Source of the DNA: the human T2T-CHM13v2.0 reference genome, Homo sapiens
Direction: 5' to 3' (one strand)
Assembly (NCBI RefSeq): GCF_009914755.1
Contig: NC_060934.1
DNA length: 64,000 nt
In this document: positions 45,251 through 60,224 of the stretch, one piece after another
Layout of the letters: every line of letters starts with the position of its first letter
Position numbering within the stretch: the stretch's first letter is position 1
Notes under the pieces: model-generated
What the model was told of the DNA's origin: nothing
Database searches by the model: none
The model's input: only the letters and a program-made list of their open reading frames with translations
Translations under genes and position numbers: made by a program

Positions 45251-45731
45251 CACCTTTGTTTTCTCAAAGGACACAGGCTTAAAACCAGTATATTTGGTAC
45301 CCAAAGCAGATCTTTTGTTAACATCTCCTCTACATGATGAAACTGTTTTAAGAAAAAATCATGTAATAGTAATAATTGTTTTTATTGTTCTCTAGTTGTA
45401 AAACAATTCACCAATCCAAAGAAAGAATACATTTATATTTAAAGATATTATTTAAATTCAGTAAGATATTTCATATATGAACTAAAATTTGAACTTACCA
45501 GTCAAAAATATTTCAACTCTCAGTGGGTACTCTCTCTTCATTCTTTAAAATCTTAAACGCAAATGGAAACTTCAGGAATTGTGTACACAAAATTGAAGAA
45601 ACTGAAATTACTCTCTTTGTCTTTGCAATCAAGGCATCGTCACTGTTTATTCTAATCTACTGGAAGGGCTGGGAATATAAATAGCACCAGAAACAAGCTC
45701 AAACAGTTGCAAACGTTTACAGGCTTGCTTT

Positions 45732-48113
45732 AAAAAAATAATTGACAAATAATAATTGTATATCTTTAGGGGGTACAATGTTACATGTTGATATGTATAC
45801 GCATTGTGGAATGATTTCATCCAGCTAATTAACATATCCTTCATCTCACCTGTTTACCATTTTTTATGCGTGGTGAAAACATTTAAAATCTACTCTCTTA
45901 GCAATTTTGACATATACAATATATTATTATTAACTTTGCTCAGCATGCTGTGAAATAGATAACTAAAACTTACTCCTCCTCTCTATCTAAAACTTTGTAC
46001 TCTTTGAAGACACTTCTCTCCCCTCCCCAACCTCTGGTATCCACATTTCTGTCCTCTACTTTTAAGAGTTTGACTTTTCTAGATTCCACAGAAATGTAAG
46101 ATCACGCAGTAATTGCCTTTTTGTGACTGGATTATTTTACTTAACCTCATGTCTTCTAGGTCCATCTATATTGTAACAAATGACAGGATTACCTTCTTTT
46201 TTAAGATATTCCACTGCGCATATATACCACATTTTCTTTATCAATCTGTTGATGGACACTTAGGTTGCTTCCATATCTTGGCTATGGTGAATAGTGCTGC
46301 AGTTAACATGAAAGCACAGATATCTTTTTGACATACTGATTTCTTTCCCCTGTATACCCCAGATTGGGATTGCTGGATCATGTGGTAGTTCTGTTTTTAG
46401 TATTTTGAGGAACTTCCATATGGAAGTTTCCCAAAATGGCTGTACCAATTTACATTCCACCAACAGTATACTAGAGTTCCTTTTCCTCTACATTCTCACC
46501 AGCATTTGTTATCTATCACCTTTCTGATAATAGCCATTCTAACAGATGAGAGGTGATATCTCACTGTGATTTTAATTTGCATTTTGCTGATGATTACAAA
46601 TGTTGAGCATTTTTTTATATAGCTGTTAGCTATTTTTCTATTTTGGGGAAACCTCTGTTCAGGTTCTTTGTCCATTTTTAATTGGTTGTTTTCTTGCTAT
46701 TGAATTGAGTTCCTTATATATTTTGGATATTAGTCCGTTTTCAGACGAATGGTTTGCAAATATCTTCTCCCAATCTGTGGATTGTCTCTTCAGTCTGTTG
46801 ATGTTTGATACAATCCCATTTGTCTATTTTTGCTTTGGGATTCTATCAAAGAAATCATTGCTCAGGCCTATGTCATGGAGGTTTTCTTCTAATAGTTTTA
46901 TATTTTCATGTTATACATGCAAGTCTTTAATTTATTATGGTTTTATTTTTTTATATGGTGTGAAATAAGGGTCTAATTTCATTTTTCTTCATGTGGAGAT
47001 TTCATTTTCCTAACACCATTTGTTGAAGAGACTATCCTTTCCAGATTGTATGTTGTTGGCACCTTTGTAAAAAATCAATTGACTATAAATATGTGGGTTT
47101 ATTTCTGGGCTTTCTTTTCTGTTCTATTGGCCTATGTGTCTGTTTTTGTGCCAGTACCACACTGTTTTGATTACTATAGCTTTGTAATATATTTTGAAAT
47201 AAAGTAGCACAATGACCTCAGCTTTGATTTGTTTGCTTTTTGCTTAAAAGAAATGAAAATTCCCTTTGTTATTATATTTAGGGTCTTTTGTAATTCTCTA
47301 TAAATTTTAGAATCCTTTTATTTTTATTTATGTGAACAGTATTATTAGAATTGTGATAGAGGTTACCTTGAATCTGTAGATCACTTTGGGAAGTATGAAC
47401 ATTTTAACAATGTTAATTCTTCCAATAAATGATCATGGGATATATTTCCATTTATTTGTATTGTATTAAATTTCTTTCATCAGTGTTTTAAAGTTCTCAG
47501 TATACAGGTCTTTTACCTCCTAGTTTTAAATTTACTTCTAAGTATTTTATTTTATCTTTTGATGCTATTTTAAATGCGATTTTTAAATAGTCAATTGTTA
47601 GTGCATAGAAATGCTGCCACCTTTTGTATGTTGATTTTATATCCCGCAACTTTATTGAGTTTAGCAGTTTTACCTGTATTTTGGTGAAATCTTTAAGGTT
47701 TTCTATATATAAAATTAAGTTGTCAGCAAGATCATTTCACTTGTTCCTGTTCTATTTGGATGTCTTTTATTTACTTTTCTTGCCTAATTGCTCTGGCTAG
47801 TATTTCTAGTACTATGTTAAAGTGTAGTGGTGAAAGTGGGCATCCTTGTCTTATTCCTCATCTTAGAGGAAAAGCTTTCAACTTTTCACCATTCAATATG
47901 TTGTTAGCTATGGGCTTGTTGTATATGGCTTTTATTGTGTTGAGGTACTTATTTCTATACCTAACATTAGAAGTTTTATGAAAGGATGTTGACTCTTATG
48001 AAATGCTTTCTCTGCACCTATGGAGATGATTGTGTGGTTTTTATTCTTCATTTTTAATATGATATATTGCATTTATTGATTGCCTATGTCAAACCATCCT
48101 TGTATTTCAGGTA
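45732..48113 (-). mobile_element. L1MA-type 5'-truncated LINE
   Basis: Antisense L1MA 3' UTR and ORF2. Degenerate TSD TACAGGCTTGCTTT (45718-45731) / TACAGATTTGCTTT (48114-48127). Confidence 0.9.
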
Positions 48114-49634
48114 TACAGATTTGCTTTTGAAACATATGTATGTAGATTAGTCTGCATCTGTCAGGGACTGACTGTATACATGGGGATATTCAGAATTAAT
48201 TTCTAGGCAAAACAGAATATTTGTTGAAGAATAAATACAAATTTGCTAATTTAAAACTTATATTATATATTATTAAAATACTGCATTTGCAATTTTAGTT
48301 TAGTACCTAGACTCCAAACAATTTTACTAAATGGAATAGTTTATCACTGACACTGTTTAGAATTGATGATAAATGGTGATGATACCAAACAGACCACCTT
48401 TTAGTAAGTTTTATTGTTTTACATAATCTTCTTAATGCATTTTTTATTGCTCAAAACTGGATGGGCTGTTCCCACTTCTCTGTTCTTAGTATGTCAGTGG
48501 TTAGGCAATAATTCCATTGTAGAGAAAGGAAAGTATATAAGCCTTTTGAACATTAAGAAGGTAAAAAAATACTTGCTATTTTTGCTAATTTATATAGCTA
48601 GATTTTGAGTACCATGGCAAAAATTAGTAGAATTCTAGTTTCATATTATTGATGTTTAGCCTAGATAGGAAGTGTGAATGGCAGGTAGCTTTTGGAAGCC
48701 TACCCTGATCCAATACTTGTGAATATATAAAAAAGCATCCCAAGTCTGGGATTTATTATTAGCAAACGTAATAGACTTAAAATTATGTTTTTCTAAGGGT
48801 CTCTAACAGTAGGCCACCTATCTGGAGAGGTGATTTTTTTTTTTTTCACCTTTACCCTTGCTTTCTTTCTGAGGTTATTCTTCAACTGGCCAGAGAATCC
48901 AGAACTATTTTACAGGGGACCCCTTAGAAACACAAACAACCACTCTTAAGTCCAAGTTCATTCAACTAATCATGCAAAAATGTAGAATCAGCTCTACCTA
49001 CACCAGTCACAATGCTGAGTCAAAAATCTCCTGATGCAAAACAATGTTTTTCTCTCTCTTTGTTTCAGTCTGTTTCCTCATGTATTCCCCTAGACTTTTA
49101 TAGAAGTTAAAAAAGTGGAAACTTTTATAACTTGAGGGTTTTGTTGGCTTTGTCCTCCCAAGGTGAAATTTGCACTTCCTTTAACTTCTGGAGCATGCAT
49201 GCTGGGATCTGTTTCTAATCACGTTTTGAAACAATCAAGGTTGATGATAGACCACAAGGAGAATTGGCTTCCTCTTGCAGGTCCCCATGGACAAGGTCAT
49301 TTCTAGGTCTCTGGAAAGGTCAGTCAGTCACTTCATAAAAGAGAAGCAATGCTGCTTCACTTGACACAAAGAATTAATGAGTGTTTCGGTGCAATAAAGG
49401 GTAGGGACAGGTGTAGTTCAGGAAATTCTAAATTTTCCAAGGTTTCCTTAAGATATCATTCCAATTTTTTAAAGTCATACGTTTTTTGTAAATGTCTTAA
49501 TTCTCAGGGAAGATCTTATGAGACTATAAATTTAAGTTAGCATATAATCATGAAATCTATTAATCAGTCTTTCTGATGCAGTAAAAAGAAAAATATCTTA
49601 ACCTTCATGCTGCAAGAAATGAAAGATTCTTTGG

Positions 49635-49659
49635 ACACACACACACACACACACACACA

Positions 49660-49715
<56 letters not shown>

Positions 49716-49769
49716 TGTGTGTGTGTGTATATGTATATATATATATATATATATACATATACACACACA
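49635..49769. repeat. Compound (CA)n(TA)n(TG)n microsatellite forming a perfect palindrome
   Basis: Directly visible. Confidence 0.97.
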
Positions 49770-50669
49770 ACTATAGCACAATCACAGACAAGCAGTCTAT
49801 AACTTCTTTGGAGAATTTAGGAACTTTGCCATGGCAGTCTTTTTCCATTAGCTTTCCCAGCATTGTTGGAAATGGTCCCCCAGATTCATAATCCTTGAAT
49901 CCCCTCATCCCTTTGTGCAACTCCGCTGACTTCTCCAATGCTTTGCTTTCAATGGGCACTCCATTTTAGGTGACCACAGGTGATAATTAAATTAGTTTCT
50001 TCACTGCTGCTTGCTATGAAGTGCCAAGGTCATATTCCCCAAGACTAGCTGATGTTTATTACCTTCAGCTCTAACCAATTCCAGATACCCTCCATAATTT
50101 GTTATGTGTGACCACCCCTGGAACCAATTTTTATGTCAATCTAAAAAAGGATTTTTGCTAGCAAATGAACTGACTATAGATGGTTCAAGTAGCAAATAAA
50201 TGTTTGAAAGAGCTGTTAGGGTGTTCATACGCTTACTGGGAATGCTGAAGAAACAGGCAGAGAAAATTGGATAAAACAGAGCTACTCGTACTGAAAATAA
50301 CATATAGATCCTGTTTTGTGGGGACATATATGCTGCTGTCCCCATGCCCAGGAAACCAGAGGTTACTTTGCAGATGCTCTTAGCTTAGATGCTTAGTGGC
50401 CCCTACCATGATGAGATCTTGTTGCCTTATATTTCTAGTTCCAGTTTCAAAGTATATCCAATTGGTCTGGCCTAGGACTCATGCTCAGGGCCTTCTGTGC
50501 ACCAGGTTATTTGGCGCTGACATAGAGAAGTTTCAAAAGCAAAACAATTAAGTTATTAGTTTCTATATCAGGAGACACATTCTGCTTCCCACCAGACTAC
50601 GTAAGGTGAGAAATTCTCTAAACATTGGGAAGAGAGCTGCCAAAAACTGGCCAGTGTTTACCGCATCTT

Positions 50670-51125
50670 CATTCTCTGAGTCAGCCATGGCGGCCACTCT
50701 CCTTCTTTACTTGGGACATTCCAAGCTCCTTTTCTTCTTAAGACCCCCACTCTTCCCCAGATCTTATATTTGGCTGGCTTTTCCTAATCATGTAGGCCCC
50801 ACCTTAAATGCCACTTCCTCAAAGTGGCCTTTCTCAACTCCCGTATGTAAAGATTCTGGCTGCCTTCTCCCAGCTTCACCAAACATGCTTTACCCCATTA
50901 CTCAGTTCTCTTTTTTTGCATCACTTATCACCCTTGAAAATGATGTCATTTAGGTGTTTTAATGCTTATTACCTGCCCTTCCCATGTAGCATATAAGTGT
51001 CACAAGTTCAAAGACTTTGTCTATGACTTATTCATTTTTCTTGCACCATTCAATCCCCAGCATCAAGAATAGCGACTTGTACCTATCAGAGGTCAATTGG
51101 TACGTAAGGAATAAATAAATTAATC
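50670..51125 (+). mobile_element. L2 3' relic
   Basis: AAATGCCACTTCCTCAAAGTGGCCTTTCTC... through ...GGAATAAATAAATTAAT, a typical degraded L2 end. Confidence 0.6.
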
Positions 51126-53448
51126 AAAGTGTAGGTTTGGAGTTGGCAGAGATTCCAATGGAATCAGAGGCCTGGACTGAGCTGGGATGCAGGACCTCCC
51201 GTAACTCCAGTGTGTATTATTACTGGCATGCATTCTTCCCAGCAGAGTGCTCAGCATAGGGCGTCAGTGCCGGAGCTCAGCCTGAATCTAAATAGTGCGT
51301 GATTCTGAGAGATTTTGAAAATAGAAAAGACCACATCAATTCTAAGTCTTATTCTCAACGCATGTGGATTTTTCTGCAGGCACCACTTTCTGGCCAATCA
51401 GACTACACATTTTATGTGGTATCAAGGTCCTACTGAGTAAATCGTCATTGCAGCATACACTGATTTATGGCAATTTTTGTTGGAATGATGAACTCTGCGT
51501 GCCTCTCTGATATATGCATTTGACATGAACTGGGCAGTGTTACAAATGTTAATCACTGGGGTTTTTATCTTTTGTCTTAGGGAGTTGAAGACGTTTCCCA
51601 ATGTCTCTGAAAGGGCCAAAAAACATGCAAACATCCTAAAAGGCAAGTCTCAGGAATTCTTGGACATGAGACAAGGTTTTAAGGAGTACCTAGAGAAGGC
51701 AATTCCCATATCCTGTGTCTAAAATGGCATAAAATACAGTTTATGCACACACATGTCAGTAATTCAATGGTCATTTCTGTTCGAAGCAATTATATTCTGG
51801 CTTTGTATTGTCAGCTTGACCATAAGGTAGAAATAAATTGTCCAATCCCGCAGAGCTGAGGTCATAAAACATAAAGACTCCTTTCATTTCTGCCATTATC
51901 TTAATTTTATGACCTTGGGAAAGTCACTTTACATTCTGAACTGCAGAATATTGTATAAAATAATCTCCGGGGTCATTGTATTCATATTCCTGCTCTTGGA
52001 GTTCCAAGAAATGACCTCTCAATTGTCTTCATGGTGATGTTGGTGGGAACCACCACATGATTCTGAGATAAAGTTTAATTTTGATGCATATCATGTCTAA
52101 ATGCTGGATTCTATTTTTTAAAAAAGTATATATATATATATACCTTCCCTGTGAAGTATGAGGGAAATATTTTTCTAGGTTTTTCCCCTCTCAGAGAACT
52201 GTTGTATATTGACTAGAATCAGGTAAATATTTCAGACTTCCATTCTGGATGTGTCTTTGCCAGTGTATAGGAAGCCAGGGCTCAGAATGCTGGCAATGCC
52301 TTTTGAAAGCTGCTTCTGATCACTGACATTTTTAGCTTTGGCACGGGGAGACTTCCCATCATCATTCCTTCTTTTTTTGTTAGTGCTACAGAAAATCATC
52401 TCCATTCTTACTGCTTTGCCTTCTCAGTGATTGCAACATCACCCCTGATGTCACTGTATGAAACTCCTGATCAGCTCTGGCTGACTGGTTTGCCTGAGAA
52501 GAGGGGTGAGTCGATGCAAGCAGCTCTGGTTTTGCTTGAAGGGGACAGCAGCTGGGGCTCAGCTGCCAGTTTGATAAGGAACAGGAACTGTGCGCCATCC
52601 AAGCAGAAATCTCAAAGTCTCAAGGACTGCTAAGGCAGAGAAAGGCAGAAGACACATATGGCTGGGTTCTGAGCATATGTACTCAAGCCAGGGGAGAAAA
52701 TTTACGAGAAGGACAGTTTTCCTGTGCCAATTAGGCATCTTTATATCATTCATTTGACAGGCAAGCCTATATCACTTGAGATTTCTAAAGGACAACACGT
52801 CTCTCACAGATGGTATAGAATATTTTTATCTCGAAATTCACATGATCTCAGAAGACTGATTATAAAGATGGAACTATAGCAATATTTCTGGGATAAATAT
52901 CAGTCACACTGAGGGCAAAGCTCTCTTGTGCCCCTCCCTACCCCACTCCGATTGGCTCCATGGAGACCTGAGACCTCTACTCACCCTGGATCTGCTCCTA
53001 ATATTTATAAATCTTTATTTAATTAAAATCATCAAATTCATTGCAGATGCATCAAATGGCCATTTCAGTAGAACAAAAAAAGGGAGGTATTGTTGCAGTT
53101 AATTTGCATACTGCAAAGTTTTCAAAATGGTGAGGCCCAGAGATACTGTAAATTTCTACCACATGCTGTTATTATAAAAATAAAAACCTAAATGGACATG
53201 AAAAGATACATTGTCCCTCTAGGCATAGACTCTTTATGATGAAGCTGTTCAACTTAAAGCTAAGGTCACATCCAGCATTAGTATTCTATGATTATACATC
53301 TTTTCCACCAAACAAATGGCAATTTAAAAATGTGTTCAACTTGCTGCAGAAACACAAACAAAACTCAAGCTTCTTGGTGTCAACTGTAGTCTCACAACAG
53401 ATTCTTCAAGGAGACAGTGACTTACCTTAGCTACTTTACTCTCAGTAA

Positions 53449-53821
<373 letters not shown>

Positions 53822-54079
53822 TTCATATGTATTTTTAAGTCCCTGTTTTCCTGAGATATATCTGAATTTTCCTCCATGAGTTGATCAAAAACCTGCTTTG
53901 CTGGGTTTGGAATTCTAGAGTCTCTTCCACATTTGCTGAGTTTGAGGAGCAGATTTAGAGAGTTTCTCAGGAGGTCTACTTCAGTGGTGATGAGATAAAG
54001 GGCTAGAAGCTCTTGTAGTGTGGGTATTGGGAAGTGGAGCACCTGCCCACCATTCCATTAAGCTAAGAGAAAGGTGAAA

Positions 54080-54310
54080 TGAGACAGTGGCTAAGCGCTT
54101 GTACAGATGCTCACTTTGAGTCTAGCTCTGTTGTTCAGTACCTTAGGAAGGTCCCTTGAACCCTCCGTGTCGCAATTTTCTAAAGGACGAAATAGACATG
54201 ATAATAATAGAAACTACCTCAAAGTGGTGGTGGGGGAATTAGAGGATTAAAACATGCAAGTGTTTATAACTATATCTGGCATGCAATAAGCACAATGTAT
54301 ATGGTATTAT
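54080..54310 (+). mobile_element. MIR relic
   Basis: ACAGTGGCTAAGCGC...ACCTTAGGAAGG...TTGAACCCTCCGTGTCGCAATTTTCT...ACCTCAAAG core-like motifs. Confidence 0.6.
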
Positions 54311-55662
54311 TATATGATATAGCAACATTTTACTTAAGTGAGTAATTGTTAGGAGCTGAAGCAATTTTAATATTTTAAACAATGTCTATGTGAATAGATA
54401 TTTCACTCCATTTGTAACCTTCCTCTGTAAAGGTAGTAGGAAAGATAATTTCTCCCTATTTTATTAGTAAAAATCCTGATATTCCCTGTTGTAACCTATG
54501 AAGTTAGATAGAAGCAGGAAAATTATACCAATATTCAATAGAAGTTTAGTGCCTACAATTGATCAGACATAGTTCTCAGTCCAAGGAAAATAACTGAAAA
54601 AGCTCTTTTGAAGATTATACTTTTCAGAATTTTATAAGCAGATATTTGATTAAAATCCATTTGATATTATAGTCATGGTGGAAAAATAGAGAGTGTAGAG
54701 GGAATAAAGACTTTTGCTTGGAGAAATCAGGGAGGGCTTCACAGAGGAGGTGATATTTTTGGATGACTTTTGAAGGAAAGGTCAGGTTTTTCTAAAAGAA
54801 GAAAGAAACAATGGCCCCAGAAGGATATGTCTGATGATTTCCAGATAGATTTTTGTCTCACAGCTAGTCTGTCCTCATCAGTTAATAAACAATGCCTACC
54901 ACCTCTAGGAATGCTGAGACCTAGATCCAGCCAAATGCACCCTCAGGGTCTGCTCTCTAGGTGTCCTAATCATGGTATTCTGAAGGCTCCATGAAAACAC
55001 TGGGGTTGTGGTTAGGGAAAAGCTCTGTTACCTAAGGGAGCAGTTACATTTTAGTTCTGTGGCCCCATCTAATATTTGTATAGCAAGGAAAGACATATTA
55101 ACTTCAACCCCACACAGTGACAGCAAGGCGGGTGATCTCTTGCAAACTAATAGGTAACATGAATCGAATTCCATCTGCAAAGACTTTAAGGTCCACCTAC
55201 CACTGACTTTTAAAGAAATGTACTGGCTTCTATTGTTTTCTTCATGGTATTAATGAAGCTCCTTTACATCCATTTTCAGCCTAAAGTGTTGAAATTCACC
55301 TAGTAATCCAAGAGAACACTATTGGCAGTCAACCCTGTTGCCTGATAAACAGAAGTGCTTATTCTGGAAACATCCTGACCATCATGGTCTCCAAAGTTTT
55401 GTTCAATCTGCCTTCCCCAAACACTATATGCAAAGTAAGACCATTGTGGAACTACTTTTAAAGTATCAAGAAAATTGTTACCGTCCCGACTCTATCCTTG
55501 TGAGATAGAAATACATAGGAAACAAAGGCTAAGACTGGATTTATTTAAAATAGAATTCAGACTACTTTCTCATTCTTTTTTTTTTCTTCTTAGTATGGAA
55601 ATGGCTCAACATTTTCTCTTTTCCTCTGGTTTTCTTACAATTTTTTAAATAACAGTTTAAAG

Positions 55663-56270
55663 CTATGCTGTCCAACACAGTAGTCACTAGCCATGTGTGC
55701 TTAATGAGTTCTTGGAATACAGCTAGTCCAAACTGATATATGCTATGAGTATGAAATACATACAGGATATTGAAAACTTAAGATAAACAGGCCAGACACG
55801 GTGGCTCACGCCTGTAATCCTGGCACTTTGGGAGGCCGAGGCTGTTGGATCACCTAAGGTCAGGAGTTCGAGACCAGCCTGGCCAACGTGGTGAAACCCC
55901 GTCTCTACTAAAAATACAAAAAATTAGCTGGGCATGGTGGCGCATCCTTATAATCCCAGCTATTTGGGAGGCTGAGGCAGGAGAATCACTTGAGTTCGGG
56001 AGGCGGAAGTTGCCATGAGATGAGATTGCACCATTTACTCCAGCCTGGGTAACAAGAGTGAGATTTCATCTCAAAAAAAAAGATAAAAACAATGAAAACC
56101 ATGATTGTTTTTATATTGATTACATCTTGAAATCACTACAATTGGTATATGTTGGTTCAATAAAATATAGTGGTAAAAGTATTTTTTCCTTCTAACTTTT
56201 TAAAAACATGGCTACTTGGAAATATAAACTTACCTATGTAACTCATATTATGTTCATATTGCACAGCAAT
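55663..56270. mobile_element. MER33/MER3-type hAT-Charlie non-autonomous DNA transposon, interrupted by an Alu
   Basis: Termini CTATGCTGTCCAACACAGTAGTCACTAGCCATGTG and ...TATTGCACAGCAATG form degenerate terminal inverted repeats. Confidence 0.78.
55790..56081 (+). mobile_element. Alu (AluS-like)
   Basis: Full dimer plus short A tail; AAGATAAA on both flanks. Confidence 0.95.
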
Positions 56271-56520
56271 GCTTTAGCTGTACTCTGCTCTCTTTCCTAA
56301 AGCCCAGAGAGAATTGACGAATGCTGTCACTACTGATGCAGCTGATTTGTGGGACATCTAGGATAGTTTACAGAAAATACTTTTAGTATATACCTGGATG
56401 TCCTGTCAGCTTTTCTCTAACCTGTTAGAGTCTCAGGTATCTCTTAGTCCATGCTGTTTAAATTATCATCATCCCATGAAAACATCTTAAACCCAAATCT
56501 CTTATTTAAACTTAAATAAC

Positions 56521-57653
56521 TGTGGTAGACTCTGTGGTCTGTCTAACTGAACTTTCATTTTCAATTCCCTTCTCCCTGCTACTGAAGCGGCGTCATTGTC
56601 TGGGGTAAATACCCAAGGTTTGTCATCTCACGCCAGGGAGATCAAGGACGAGGACACACAAGAAGTGAGTTTAAGAGTGGAAGTTTAATAGGCGAAAGAA
56701 AGAGAAAAGAGAATAGCTCTCTCTCCTGCATTGAGAGAGGGTCACCAGTGGGTCTTCCAGTCCATGGTGAAGTGCACAGGGGCTTTACAGACTGGTTGGA
56801 GGAGGTGGTGTCTGATTTACATAGGACCCAAAGATTGATTAGACCAGGTGTGACATTTACATAGCATACGAAGAAGCTGGACACTCCACCCTAATCTTTT
56901 ATTATCCAGATGGGTTCTCTACCTGCCGGACAACACGTTGTCTCTTCCTTACTGTACACATAGTTGACAAAGAAAAGGGAAGACGAAGCCATCATGTTGA
57001 ATATGTCTAGGCCCCAGGTTGCCTTTTCCTACTGGCAAAGCTTCTGGCATTATGCGTGCAAGCTTCCAGCTTGCTTTTCTCTGTCTGCAGCTCGAATTTT
57101 CAGGCTGCTGTTTGTTAGAAAAGTAATGATTTGGGGGCTGCTTCTCGTTAAAAGGAAAACCTTACTGAGGACTCTCTTACCTTCACTATCTGCCTAAATA
57201 ATTTCTTTTTATCTCCTAAATCATTACTTTAAACTTTGAAGACTATAGATTTTTAAAACTCTCTTACTCAGTCTCCACATGTAGCAAGATATGGCCAGAT
57301 AATACAGTTTTAGACAATGAGACATGGTTGAAGTCAGCTGAGGTATTGATTATGATAAAGTTCTTTTGTATCTGCTAAAAAAGGACTGTTGGTGCTACTG
57401 GAATGCCTTTCTCCCTTCTCCTTGTCTCAGATGCAGATGGTTGCCTAACACCAGCGTCCATCTATGCTTAGCAGGAAAGACCAGGAGAATCACATAGATT
57501 CTGAGTCTCTCTCCTTGTTCAGCTACTGAATCAATGTCAAAAATCACTCGACTCAGACTTCTTGGACTAAGGGAAAGTAAGCTGCCAGTTGTTAAAGCTG
57601 CTGCAAATTAGGTTTCCTGTTACTTGCCGCTGAACATATTCCCAACTGACACA
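56521..57653 (+). mobile_element. Old MLT1 (H-K type) MaLR LTR interrupted by MER51
   Basis: TGTGGTAGAC start and ...TTCCTGTTACTTGCCGCTGAACATATTCCCAACTGACACA end. Confidence 0.6.
56583..57223 (-). mobile_element. MER51A-like ERV1 solo LTR
   Basis: TGAAGCGGCGTCATTGTCTGGGGTAAATACCC...TAATTTCTTTTTATCTCCTAAATCA. Flanks CTAC/TTAC. Confidence 0.85.
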
Positions 57654-58909
57654 CCAAGGCAATTATTTTCTGAGTGTCCAGAATTGGAAACTTGGTGTCA
57701 TTGTTGACTGCCTTCTCTTCATTAAAAAACAAAATCAATCACTAAGCCCTGCAACTTATCCCCTTTGATATCTGTCCCATGCTTCCTCCCTTTTAATCTT
57801 ATTCTTGACATGTAAGTACAATCTCTCCTTACATAATTCCTAGAATCATGAAACTAGAGATGCCACTTTCCTCCTCAAAACTTGTTCAATGACATCTCCA
57901 TTTCTAATCCAATGATGGCCAAATGGCCTAACCTGGTAAACAATTCAAGGATCTCGACAATCTGCTCATAATCTACCTTTTTGGACTTATCCATTCCCAC
58001 TAACATATATATACCTTTTATCCCATTCACACGATGTTTCCCAAAGCCTCTTTACATATTTATTCTCCTCCTGCACACCCTTAAGTATACCTTTCCCTCT
58101 GTCTGAAATGCATTGCCTCCTCCATGCCACTGTAGAAAACCAGCCTTATCTTTTCAAAGCCACGTGATCTGTTTTACTTTCCTACTCACATTCTTGGATT
58201 CCTCTCCCTTCTTGAGCTCTTTGAGTCATGCATACATTTTATTAAGACCCAAGTATAAGTAGCAAACATCATGTTAGGTACTTGGAATTGAAAGATGAGT
58301 AAGACACAGGCTTTGCCATCAATAGATAGGCAGAAGAGGCAGAAAAAGATAATTTCAGTCCGCAAAAGTCACTTAGCTTGATCTTGAAGGGTTAGCTGAG
58401 AAGATGCTGCCTGAAACAAAATGAAGAGTCAGTCACCAAGTGAAAAAGCAGGTAAAGTTGTTCCAGGCAGAAAAAAAATACTATGAGCAAAAGCCAAGAG
58501 AAAATAAACACCATACTACGTTTAATGAGCAGTTCGCCATCCCTCAGGTTTTCTTTCAGTTAGTGACCAAACTTGATAGAAATGAAGGCAATTCAATGGC
58601 TAAAATGTCCTCAAATTTGTTTTGGTGGCAAAACTGGCATCAAAACACTTGTTACAATACCAGATCTTCCCTACGACTCTCCCATTAGTACTGCTTTGTT
58701 TTATTTAAAAGAAAATAAAACACATAATGACCAATGCACATAACTCGATGAAACTGTCAATCTCTCTTCTTTATTTGCACTGTTCCTCTGAATTTTCTAT
58801 GGAATACAGTCTCCAGTGGGTGTTTGTTTCAAGAAAATAAGAAAAAAAAAAATAAATAGGCATACAAAGATTTTAATTCTGAGTTACTATACAATGAAAT
58901 AATATATAC

Positions 58910-59320
58910 TTTAAAAAAGACTTTATGTTTTAGAACAGTTTGGGTGTCACAGAAAAATTGGGCCGAAAGTAGAGTTTCCATATATACTCCTGCCCCCCAT
59001 ATGCACAGTGTACCCCAGTACAACATCTCACATCAGAGTAAAATATGTGTTCCAATCAATGATGCTATATTGGCACATCATTATCACCCAAAGCTCATAG
59101 TTTACATTAGGGTTCATTCTTGGTGCTGTTCATTCTATGGGTTTAGGCAAATGTTTATTTGACATGTATCTACTATTCTAGTAATAAACAGGATAGTTTC
59201 GCTGTCCTAAAAATGCTCCATGCAGTGATGACTCATCCCTCTCTCGCACATCTAACCCCTGGCAACCACTGATCATTTTACTGCCTCCATAGTTTTGCCT
59301 TTCCCCGATGTCAATATATA
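58910..59320 (-). mobile_element. L1MC1/2-type 3' UTR fragment
   Basis: TTTTAGAACAGTTTGGGTGTCACAGAAAAATTG...CATCATTATCACCCAAAG...CCCCTGGCAACCACTGATC. Confidence 0.8.
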
Positions 59321-59912
59321 CATATTGCAAGGAAGAGATCAATGGCCTAATTCTTACACTATCATATGAACTCGTTTTTGAGGAATGACCTACTAGGAAG
59401 GTATCAGTGCTAGCTGTACCAGATGAAGTCTAAAACCTCAGTTGCTTAGCACAGTAAAAGTCTGTTTCTGGCTTACTTAACAAAGGCAGATGTGAGCCTT
59501 CCTGCTTAAATGAGACTCCTCCCAGTAGGGATTTGGAGATCTTCTCACTCCTCTGGCTGGTTCCATCTTCTTCATCACATGGCTTCCAGGTCCACCTTGT
59601 TACAAATCTAGTGGTTAGAAAATGAAAAGGGGATACTGAGCCTTGTGTAGGTGGCTGCTTCTGTACACCACGTTATTTCTGTCCACATTGCTCTGATTGG
59701 AACTCACTAAGCAGAAGGAAACTATGAAAGTATGAGCGACATGGAATGGTTAATGAGTAAATTAATTTATCCCAGTGGACATGTGATAACTTTGCACTAC
59801 AAATGTAAGAGGTTAGCATACTGGTTAGGAAAATAAAACTACATATAGAATTTGTATTGGTTTTTTCTTTTAAAGGCACTTAATTATATTCATTTATTGA
59901 TTCACTCGTTAA

Positions 59913-60224
<312 letters not shown>

